DNA from: Lama guanicoe
Taxonomy: Eukaryota
Length of the DNA: 60,000 bases
Assembly: GCA_013239625.1 (NCBI GenBank)
Contig: MU053934.1
Location: 9,693,352 to 9,753,351 of the forward strand
Reading direction: 5' to 3'
Shown: one piece after another, positions 1-26,600 of the stretch
Layout: the number at the start of each line of letters is the position of its first letter
Numbering within the stretch: position 1 is the stretch's first letter
Program-made: the position numbers and the translations under genes
Notes under the pieces: generated by a model
Told to the model about the DNA's origin: nothing
Databases searched by the model: none
The model's input: only the letters and a program-made list of their open reading frames with translations

Positions 1-544
1 AACTAGGAGGAGCTCAGAAGTAAGGCCCAACTACTTTGCTTGGCAGGTGAGGAAACTGGGGCCCAGAGCGCCGAGCTGACTCCTGCAGGGAGTCAGAGGA
101 GCAGGGTTCACCTGGGTCTGCAAACGCCAGGGAAAAACTAGAGCTAAGCTTTTGCATGAGCAGTGAAACCGCTACCTCCTGACTCCATCCACACAGCATA
201 AGGACCAAGGAAGCTTCTAGAAACAAGGGCCATACAACTAACAACTGGTGAAATGCTGTCAGCTTGCCCAGGGACGCCACGGTGTGCATCGCTCTGTGTC
301 TGTATGTGCCCTTCCTGCACCATTAGGCCTCTGCAGAGCGTGATTTGTTACAGGGACAGTTCCCAGTGCAGAGGCAGCCCCCCCGCCCCCTGCCCCGCCT
401 GTGTGTGTTCTGTGCCAACCCCCCTGCGTCTCATTAAAATACATGTGCTGTATTTGTGTAGATGTAGGTTGGACATCTGGAAGAGCACGTTCTGAAATCA
501 AATGCATTATTATGGTTTTAGGATTTTAAAAAATTAGGCACTGA

Positions 545-690
545 AAAAAAGGGCTAGAAACAAATACACCACAGTGTCAAAAATGATACTGAGGTGAGAT
601 TCAAGGTGAGTTTGATCCAGCTTTCGTGCCTCTTCCTAACTTTCTATATTGAATGTTGACTTCTTTTTAGTATTTAAAATTTTTTTTAAT
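545..690 (+). mobile_element. Old L1 (L1ME-type) 3' end fragment
   Basis: agggctagaaacaaatacacca...gtgagattcaaggtga...tttctatattgaatg resembles the L1ME 3' UTR. Confidence 0.5.
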
Positions 691-1023
691 TTTCTTTTTA
701 ATTATTTTTTTTCTATGGTTCTTTTTTAAAGGAATGAATAGGAAGCTAGAGGGTTCCGGTTGTGGTACCTGAAGTCACGGCTGACGCTGTGGGCAGGTCA
801 CCTGTCAGGAAGAAACTTCCTTTAGATGTTTCTTTTTGGGAAATGGTGGCCTCACCAGCCCTAGAAAATGTGCCTTGAGTTACGTGTATTCAGTTTCTTC
901 ATGTGAGATCAACCCAGTTATGTTTTCTTTGAGCTAAGGTTCAGAAAATACTCAGTGTTCTAGAAAAAAAAAAATCAATGTTTAGATACATGCCTTCATT
1001 AACACGAACTAAAAACTCCCTGA

Positions 1024-17367
<16,344 letters not shown>

Positions 17368-18103
17368 GCCAGGCCTGGCGCCTGCCCGGTGGAGCCCCTC
17401 AGCGGCCTCCCCCGCCATCAGACCAGCTGCCCCTCTGGCTTCACAGGGTTACAAGTAGCTAGAGCAGCATTACAGGAAGAGGGACTCAAATCAATTTTCA
17501 AAGTGATTCAGAATCTTCTTCAAATCCTTGTTAAGGGTCAAGGTGCAGTTGTAAGCAATCAGAACCGATGTGGGTGGTCTTGCCTTGGAACTTGTATTTT
17601 TCCATCTTCAAGCTTCCCTGGGGGGATTAGTGGCGTGGATTTGAGCTTGTTTTCCCTTTATTCTAAACTGCACATTGTAAAGGGGCCTTGGGCACACGAT
17701 TTCCCTTGTCAACCATGATTTTAATCATACGAATGCACGCTCATGGAGTTGGTGTGCTTTCTGGGGTATAAGGCTGCAGCTCAGGGGTTGCCCTGTTGTG
17801 GCAAAAACCAAAGCATTTAACAAGATCTGAGCTTTTTAAACAAGAGTTTTTTAAACACTGCCTCGGTCTCCTCCTTCCCCATGGGTAACCTGGCCCCGGT
17901 GCCCTTCCACCCCCTGAGCAAGCGGCAGGTTTCAGTAGAATGTGCCAACTCAGTCGTGCTGTGAGGGGTGATTCCAGCTCACATATGTTTCTCAGGTTCC
18001 TTCAGTGCAAACTGAAATTTGGTGGGGACTCACAGGGGCAGGGAGGGGGCAGGTCTCCTGGGAGGCAGTGGATGCCTCCAAATCGATTCAACAAATTCCT
18101 GGG

Positions 18104-18114
18104 ATTAAAATAAA
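18104..18114 (+). terminator. Candidate TTC38 polyadenylation signal (overlapping ATTAAA/AATAAA)
   Basis: ATTAAAATAAA about 740 nt after the stop, followed by T/GT-rich sequence. Further AATAAA hexamers lie at 18630-18639 and 19225-19230. Confidence 0.6.
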
Positions 18115-18959
18115 TTGTTAATTGCTTCCTTTGACTGACTGTTGCTGGGTAGATACCTCTGAGCTTCTTCCATGGGCCAGGCCTGGGCTGGGTGCTAGGG
18201 AGACAGGCTTCTCCTTGAACTTGGGGGTGGGGTGGGGCCGCGGGTCAAGAACAGAGTAATTACAACGGGATTTCAAAAGAGGTGCTGTCTGTCCCCAGGA
18301 GCTAAGGACATATCCCAGGGGGCATCCTGCCCTCCCATCCTGAGCTGTCCCCTCCTGACAGAGCCTCCTCACACCCTGCCTGCCTTCCCCTCTCCTGGTT
18401 CCAAGGAAGACACACCTTGGCCAAAAGCAGGAAGTCTGGTCCCCTCCTCCATGAAGGCCTCTGCTCCCCGACAGCAGGCTGGTGCCCCACAGCCCTTGGC
18501 ACCTGCCTTTGCTACTGCACCTTTGTCCCCAGCTGTGACTGCCTCAGGTCAGGGACAGATCTGTGTCACCCAGCACCACCCAGAACAGAGCCTGTGCTAC
18601 CTGTCAGTGAACCCATAAATGAGTGTATAAATAAATAAAGCAGAACCCTACAAGGGCAAGGAAGAAATGAATCTCTAATGGGTAGGCCACTGCTAGAAGA
18701 GAGGAGAGGCCAAGAAAAGAGATGGAGGAAGATACAGTTTATAGAGTTAAGAGCAACAAGTTATTAATTGGTGTGTTTACTGAGCACATACTATGTACTG
18801 ACATGATACAGGGGGAAGAGCACCCAGAGTGGGTGTTTGGGGACCCTTGCCCCTAGCAGATACCCTGCCCCCACCTGGAGGGTATGGGGATCGGACACCT
18901 GGACCAACAGCCCTCCAGTCTAGAGCCCTCTGGGCCCCTGCTGCAGCTGCCCTGTGGTT

Positions 18960-19299
18960 ATGAGTCAGGCAAGTCTGGGCCCTGGAACCATGGATGGAGC
19001 ACAGGCAACACCAAGCCGACTGCCATCTTCAGGAGGTCCTTGCCGGCAGAGGGATGCCTGGAGCTCTCAGGCCGGTGGGCCCAACAAAGGCCGCCTGCCT
19101 GAAGCTGAGCAAGACCCCAGAGAGGCCACCGAGGGACAGTCCGACCCGGCACCCTCCTTCAAGCCCCTCTCTCTATCCAGTCCTGAAGCCAGGGCCACTT
19201 CTGGATGTCCCTGTTCCTCGAGCCAATAAATTCCTTTTTCTAAAGCCAACTTGAAGCTGGTTTTCTGTTACTTGCAACCCAAAGGTTCTTGACTGATAC
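18960..19299 (+). mobile_element. MaLR LTR (MLT1J/K-type) relic
   Basis: gagccaataaattcctttttctaaagcca...ggttttctgttacttgcaacc...tgactgatac, the typical LTR 3' end. The 5' boundary is uncertain. Confidence 0.7.
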
Positions 19300-20059
19300 C
19301 TGCAGCTGAGATTTGCAGCTAGGTCTGTCTGACCCCATTTCCTCCAGTTAAGCAGAAACCAGATCAAAAGATGATGGAACTTGGAAGGGAGCCTGTGGAC
19401 AGAGGCTCAGGTGGAAAAGGGAGGATGGGGGAAGAGAGGGACCCAGCACATCAGAAAGCAGTGGGCGTAGTTGGGGGCAAAGAGCCAGGCGGAAGGCTGC
19501 AGAGGGAGCCCCAAATAGAAACAAGACACCAGGGATGCCAGGACAAGCCAAAAGGGAGATGCAGAGGGCACCCGTGGCTAGACAGACTCTCCTGGTCCAG
19601 GGGCACACATCGCAGTGACTGGTCACCCAGGGTCACCCGGGCGCTCCTCGGGACAGGGCCCGGCTCTTCTTACTCTGCTGAGAACTGACCAGTAAGTAAT
19701 GCTTTACAAAGCAGGTAGGTGCACCTACTTTGTTTAGTCTTCGGGTCAATGCCCTAGGAATTTGATTTTCTCCATTTAAGGATTAAGGGCCGGGATCAGA
19801 ACCAAGTCCCTTGCCGTATGTAGCTGTCCTGATGCCGAGCGGGCGGGGACATACCATATGAGCTTTAAGAACTCCAGCCCTACACCGCGCGTCCCACCCC
19901 AGGGCCTGGACAGACATCCGGCAGGCGCAGGGCGCGGAGGGAGTGCGCAAGCGCGCCGCGCGCCTCCTCCCGGCGCTCGGACTACAGCCCCCAGGATGCA
20001 CCGGGCGCGGCGGCCTTTCAAACCGGCCAATCCGCAGCCCGCACCGCGTCCGCCGCGCT

Positions 20060-20112
20060 GCGTTTAAACCCGGGGCGGAGGCGCGGCGGCTGGGGCGTCG
20101 CGGCGGCTTGGG
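20060..20112 (+). other. GTSE1: GTSE1 non-coding exon 1 (TSS approximate; donor GT at 20113, duplicate donor at 20174)
   Basis: GTTTAAACC...GCGGCTTGGG|gtgagg resembles the recalled human exon-1 end. The next acceptor is ccccgcag|TGACTTCTGACAG at 20569. Confidence 0.6.
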
Positions 20113-20208
20113 GTGAGGGGCCCCGCGGCTCGGGCGCGGCCGGGGGACGGCTGGGGCGTCGCGGCGGCTTGGGGTGAGGGTCCCGGTGGCTCGGGCGGGG
20201 CCGGGGGG
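20087..20208 (+). repeat. Tandem duplication, 2 x 61 bp
   Basis: Copy 1 is 20087-20147 and copy 2 is 20148-20208. The first 33 bp are identical and there are 5 mismatches in total by hand alignment. Confidence 0.92.
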
Positions 20209-20646
20209 CCGGGGGGTGGGCCGCAGGGTGCCCTCGCGGGCTGCGTGGAGCCTGCAGCGCGGGCGGGGCCGCCCCGAGGGCAAACCAAAGCCCCGGAGTC
20301 CGGCCCGGGAGCTGGGCTTTCCGTTGCCGGGTCCGGGCGTTCAGGCCTGACTCGGACGGGCCGCCGTCCCGGGGCTCCCAGCCTGGAGGCGCGCGGGCCT
20401 TGGGAGGGTCGCGGAGGGTCTCGGGCTGCAGCTCAGGTGGCCTCTCCCTCCCTTCCTCTGCCCGGTCGGTGCTGCAGCGGCTCACGCGGCCGGGCGCCCC
20501 TGGAGCTGGAGGGACCCGGGGCCTGGGCGCCGACACCTGCTCACCTTGCGGCCCCCTCCTCCCCGCAGTGACTTCTGACAGCTCTCGCCGTGGAAGGAGG
20601 ACGCGGCTGCGACTTGCTTTCAGCCAGCCAGGCCGGAGAAGCGGGG

Positions 20647-20668
20647 ATGGATGTTCCCCAGAAGGACG
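20647..20668 (+). CDS. GTSE1: GTSE1 exon 2 coding part (exon is 20569-20668)
   Basis: gggATGGATGTTCCCCAGAAGGACG|gtacgt; MDVPQKD. An in-frame GTG lies upstream at 20590. Confidence 0.85.
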
Positions 20669-23600
20669 GTACGTCCTCGTTACTGCAGCTCTGTTCGGGG
20701 AGCTCAGGGAAGATGCAGGGCGACTTACTGCTCGTTTCCCGTGAAACTCCTGGTCCCCGTCTTCAAGGAGTTTGCATCCGTCTAACTTCTTTATTTCCTC
20801 TTTACCCGCAGTTTTAACTTCCTTTATAGCAGAGAATTCTTACCGTTTTGTTTACTGCAGTGTCCTCAGTGCCTGAGGTAGGCACTCAGGTATTTGTGGA
20901 ATTGAGTTTGATGCTTCCTTTTTTGGGTTGTGGCTGGTTTCTGTCTGCTAAGCCTCGTTTAGGATCTTTGCCATCATGTTAGTGAGTGAGCCTGGCCTAT
21001 AGCTCTGCTGTCTTGTTCTGTCCCTGTCTGGTTTGAGTGTGGAGAGGAGGGTACAGCCTCACAAGATGCGTTAAAGGCCATGCCCTCTTTTTCTGCTAAA
21101 GCATGGTGACATGCTTTTATCTTTTGTTCTCCACAACACCCGTGTGAGGCAGGTAGACTAGGTATTAGGTATCCTTAACGTCTCCGTTTTGCAGAAACTG
21201 TCCTAACGCTGCCAGTCCTTGGTGCTGCTTCATCGTGTCTGGGGAGGTGTTTGCTGCCCCACCCCTCTCCTCCTTCCTCCCTTTCAAGTCCCTTCCCCGG
21301 GTGTGCTGAACCCTCATTGCTGCTTCCTGAGGCCGTCACCCCTGTCACCCTCCCATCACGTGATTTTTCTGCTGGTCTGTTACCTCACACTCATCACTGC
21401 CATACGGATAAGTCCTGTTGTCTGACTCGTCCTGTTGTTGTCCGCTCCCTCTCCACTGCTTGGTGCCTCATTCAGAGCCAGACTTCAAGAGTCCTCTCCT
21501 TTTGTTTTGCTATTATTTTTCCACACCGCTCAACCCCTACCCACCCCCTCTGCCCTCACACTTGGCTCAAGCTGCTTTCATCAGTCACTGAGGATATCTG
21601 TGTTGCCAGATCTGTCATTTTTCTGTCCTCTGATATCAACCTCTCAATAACTTTTGAACTTCTCTCCTTCTGAAAACTTCCTTGCTTGGCTTCTGAGGCA
21701 TCTTGGTTTTCCTTCTGTCTCCCTGGCTGGTGTATCTCCATCTCTTTAAAGACTTCTCTTCCTCTCCCATCTTCTGAAGCTGATCTCTCCAGGACCTGGT
21801 CTGGGGCGGGGGGTCTCTTTGTACCCCCCGCCCCCCGCCACACACACACAGGTCTCCAGACAGTCCCATGGCTGTAAATCCCTTCTGTTTTATGGTGGTG
21901 CCCACATTTTGTCTTGAGTGCAGCCTCTCCGCTAAGCTCTGGATTTGTGTATTCACCTGCCTAACTGGCATTTCAGGTGGATGTCTCCCACCTCTTACTC
22001 AGCAGGCCCCCCCCACCCCATTCTTAGCCGGTTCTTTGTCTTTCTGATGGAAGTGAATTGCCCCTCCATTCATCCAGCTGTGAAAGTTGTGAAGCTGCAC
22101 AGTCATTCAATCATCAATTACTGTTCTTTCCACCTTCAGATTATGTTTTGGATCCATTTACCTCTTTGTACCTCCACCCAAATACCACCAACTTGGTCTC
22201 AGCCATATCAACTCACCTCCACCTATTTGTATTTTTTGCACTTTGGCCAATGTATACACTTGTAATTTTAATAGATATCACTTCCTTCTTTTCCGATACA
22301 CTGTACACACCACCAGGGCAACCTTTTGAAAACAAAGGTTAGAGCATAACACTCCTGTTTAAAACCCTTCAGTAGCTCCTGTCACACTCTGGGTGAAACA
22401 AAAGCTTGTCGTGTCTTGCACCCTGTCCGGGAGCTGACCCTCCTGATCCACCCCCTCCAGCCATGACCAGTTCCTCCAAGGTGCCCCACCTCCACGTGGG
22501 CCTCACCACACTGCCTTCCACCCAGTGCTCCCACCGGACAGTGCACACCCGAGGGAGTGCCCTTCACCCGTCCGCCTGGCACCTGGTGGAGGACGTGGCA
22601 CGTGTCTGCAGAATGGACCAGTCAGCCAGGCCAGGTCACTCTGAGCCAATCATGGGGCCTGGAATAGACGGCTTTTCCCCTGACTCTTGGTCCAGGATTC
22701 CTTTCACCACAGCAGACAGTTGGAAGTTTCTAGAAGTGACCTACAAAATCGACTTCCTAGGTTCAGACACTTACAAAGTGAAATGTCTGTCTCCCTTTCC
22801 ACTTTGTCCCTCAGCCCCTCAGTTACCCGCTCCAAAGGCCACCGATCTCATCCGTCTCGGGCATTCCAGGCCTAACTTGTGCAAGTGTCAACCAGTATGC
22901 ATACGGTGTCAGTCGCGTCTGCTTTTATAGCACAGAGAACTCTGTCCTGCCCCTGGTTTTTTGCACCCAGTTTATCTTGATGATCTTTGTATGTGACTAT
23001 ATGAAGAGTGTTACTGTTCTTTTCTGTGCCTGTATAGGGTTCCATTCTGTTGTGGGCTTGTGCTGTGGTCTTACCTGCTGTCTGTGAACATTTAGTTTGT
23101 GTCCAGTGTCTTCCTGTTACAAACGCTGCCGCTGCAATACATAACATGGGATACTTGACAGCAGCAGACTTCCGGTCAGGGGTATGTGCGTTTCCTGTTT
23201 GGTAGGTCCCGCCAGGTTACCCGTGTGGGGCCGTAGTCATTTACACTTTCCCCGGCAGCGTATGAGCGCTCTCTTTCCCCACAGCCTTGCCTGCAGTGTG
23301 TCAGACTTTCTGATTTCTTACAGTCTTACGGGTGAAAGTGGAATGCTCAGGGATCTTAGAATTTTTCATTTCTCTTATTTTTGGGTGAGGGTGCATTTCT
23401 TGTCCTATGTTTAAGAACATGTCGTTTTATTTTCTGTGCATTTTATCTGTCCGTACCCTCTGTCCATTCTTCCTTCGTCATTTCTTACAGCCCTTTGTGA
23501 TGTGAGCTGCGAATGTTCTCTTCCCTGCTTGTTGTTCCTTTTAACTTTGCTCATGGTGATTCTTGCCATGCGGAGATTTTAAATGTCTTATCTTGTGGAC

Positions 23601-26600
23601 GATCAACCTTTTATTTCATGGCTTCCAGCTTGGTGTCATAGTTAGACCTCTGCACTCCAGGTTAGAAGATAATTTCCCCATGGTTTCTTGTTCCTTAAGG
23701 GTTTCATTTTTTCAATTAAGTCTTTGACTTATTTAGAATTTGTCCTGGTATGGTGTGGGGTGTGGATCAAACTTTAGATATGTACATTCTTACCCCCAAA
23801 GGGTCATCTAATTTATCTCAGTACCGTTTATTAAATAATCCGTTTCCCCCTTTTATTTGATGTGTTACTTCTGTGATTACTAAGCTTTCTTTATATCCAT
23901 CCCGCGTATTTCTTGTTCGGTTTGTTCATGGGTGTTTTGTGTTGTTTTGCTGCTACAGCGAATGAGGTTTTTTCTTCTATTGTATCTTCTGTTCTTTGTG
24001 GATATGAAAGCTGTCGATCGTTGTGTATTAATTTTGTCCTCAGCCGTTTGCTTTTATTCTCTTACTATTTATAATAGTTTTCAGTTGATTTTCTTGATTT
24101 TTCTTGTGTCTGTAATCATAGCATCTGTGCACCATGGTAATTTTACCTCCAAATTCTTTCCTTTGTCTAATTGGTTTATGCATCCAGAACAGTGTTAAGA
24201 TGTGTGACAGCAGAACATCACTGCCCTGTGCCCGGCTTTAAAGGAATTTCTTTAGTTTACCATGAAGCCTGACGTGGGCTTCTGGTACCTTAACGCTTAG
24301 ATGGCGGCCATCAGCATTTCCGCGTTGTTTTCCTTCTCCTGGGCACATGGTAGAATTGAACTCCCCTGCCCACTTGAAGTTGGATTTGCCTCAGGTGACT
24401 TGAAATATGTCCAATGAAATGGTGACGTTGTGATGTGTGTCACTCGTGGGCCTTTAAGAAGCAGTGTGGAATGTGCTGTTTCCCCTTTGTTCTGCCGTGA
24501 AGCCCAGCAGCGTTTCCAGTGGCGGAGGCTCCCTCTGCCTGGGTCCTGGAGGGAGAAGGACATGGAACAGGGCCGAGCCTACCCTCAGCAGATGTAGAGT
24601 TTGAGTGAGAAATCAGCCTTGTTGTGACAAGCCACTTGAGATGTGGCCACTGTTTTGTTACTTCAGCATGAGTTAGTCTATCCTAACTGATAAAATGTAT
24701 TTGCTCCTGAGTTTAGGAGGAGTGCTTCTGATGGCATCGTATGAAGTCTAGTTTTGGATACTTCCTTATATGATAAAATATGTCTGTTACTTTTTATGTA
24801 GCATTTTTATTTATTTTTGTTTATTTATTTTTTAATGGAGGTACAGGGGATTGAACCCAGGACCTCATGCATGCTAAGCTAAGCAAGTGCTCTACCACTG
24901 AGCTATGACCAGTCCCCACTTTTATGTAGCATTTTTGAAGACAACAATGTATGTTGCATTTGCCACGTGCCTTGTTGGTGTATGTGGAGACCAGATTGTA
25001 CGGCTTTCCTCTCATATGATTATCTTACTAGATCGTATAAAACTAAACTATCCTACAGTCCCGAAGTCGTGGCTGAACCTCACAGGTCGTGATGGAGTTG
25101 CTCCTTCTTTAAATGTGTTGCTGGGGTCTGTTCGCAGATATTCCTGTGTAGGATTTTTGTGCTGACATAAGCCAAGTCCGTAGTTTCCTTTATTGAGCAA
25201 AGTTTACAGGCTTTGGGTATGGTTATACTTGCTTCATAGAAGTAAGTTGGAAGGTTTCTTTTTTCCATCCTTTGGAACAACATAAATAGTTTTGGACTGA
25301 TATATTCTTTAAAGATCTACTAGAATTATCCTATGAAACTATCTGGGACTTGTGCTTTTTGGGGGAGAATAGCTCTTTAATAAATGTCTCCAGTTATTTT
25401 ATGATAATTGAACTACTGAGTTTTTTTCGTCTCTTCTGGAGTCAGTTTTGTAAGTAAATCAATTTTAATCATTTAAATACAAAAGGTAAATTCTATCTCC
25501 TAGAAAATTATCCGTATCAACCAAGGTCTGGGGTTTATACGCACAGAGTTGAGCACACTAGCTCATGAATAATTTAATTTCCTTCTCTCTGGTTATTTCT
25601 CTTTATTTCTTTTGTGTAATTGTGCTTTCTACCTTTTCCTTGGTTAGGTAATTAGGAATAATTAAATGACTAATTAGGACCCAATTCGGTTATTAGTATA
25701 TTTAAATTTTTTATGGTTTGGTAAGCATGCTGCAGTGTTTATTAGGGTCAAATGAGATAAGACTTGTGAAAGTGCTGCACGAACGCTACAGTGTGGAAAT
25801 GCCAGCCCACTGCGTTGTGATAGACGCTTGCTGAGTGTCCAGGCCCTGAGCTTGGCCGGCCGTGGGGAATCTGGGGGGACATCAGGCATCTGCACTCAGT
25901 TTAGAGGAGCTCATGGTCTCGCTGGGGCTACAGGCGGTCAAGAGACATTTAGAGAGTAGCGATGCTAAGGCAGAGGGCAGGTCCAGGTGCCGCGGGGGCC
26001 CTGGGGAAGGGTGGGGTGGGCTGGGCTGGGGGAGATAGAGGAGGGAGCAGCTGTCCCAGCAGAGGGGCCCACCAACCCAGAGCCTGTGTGGTCTGTTAGT
26101 GGGAGTCAGGCTCATGACCACTCAGGGCTGGTGAGGGCACTGCAGTCAGCAGGTACAGAGAGCAGTTTTATCTGGGGGCTCAGGACAGGCTCCAAGAAGA
26201 GACAACAGTCAACAGGTATGTATGGAGCCACTGCTGTGCATTTGAATAATACTGAATTTATCTTTGAAAGAGGAATAGGTGTGGTTTGTAAGCGGGGAAT
26301 TTAATCCTAGGGGAGCTGGGACAGGGGGTCTTTTGGAAACATTCTATACCAGGAAACGACTTACCTAGTCTTGCAAAGCTAGTTGAATGACTTGGTGAAT
26401 ATGTTTTAGATTATATCTTGAGAACAAGGGCTTAAAAATAAGGACTTAGGCTTTGGTGGCAGCTTAGCAAACACAGAATGGCTGACACTATTTTAAAAAG
26501 AAAATGGAAAAATTAAGGAAATCTAGAGCTCCTTCACACTTTTGGAAGTGAAATTGTAAGACAGTTTTGATAGCTACAGAGACTGGCACTGTTTTCGTGC

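Larger units (their letters stand above)
19830..20700. promoter_or_regulatory. CpG island and promoter of GTSE1
   Basis: Very high GC and CpG density. Motifs: NRF1-like TGCGCAAGCGCG 19944-19955, ZNF143-like ACTACAGCCCCCAGGATGCA 19981-20000, reverse CHR TTCAAA 20017-20022, CCAAT 20027-20031, CHR variant TTTAAA 20063-20068. Confidence 0.88.
22900..25650 (-). mobile_element. Old L1 (L1M) fragments including an ORF2 remnant, interrupted by an LTR and a SINE
   Basis: T-rich plus strand. Minus-strand peptide LFQRMEKRNLPTYFYEASITIPK (about 25215-25283) resembles the L1 ORF2 segment LPNSFYEASITLIPK. Confidence 0.75.

Noticed and set aside
19700..20100. p53 response element, since mouse Gtse1 is p53-inducible
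   Set aside because: I saw no convincing paired RRRCWWGYYY half-sites, only an imperfect single one near 19800.
19776..20744. Many overlapping Pro/Arg/Gly-rich ORFs on both strands
   Set aside because: Expected from stop-codon depletion in a CpG island. The repeated peptides come from the 61-bp duplication.
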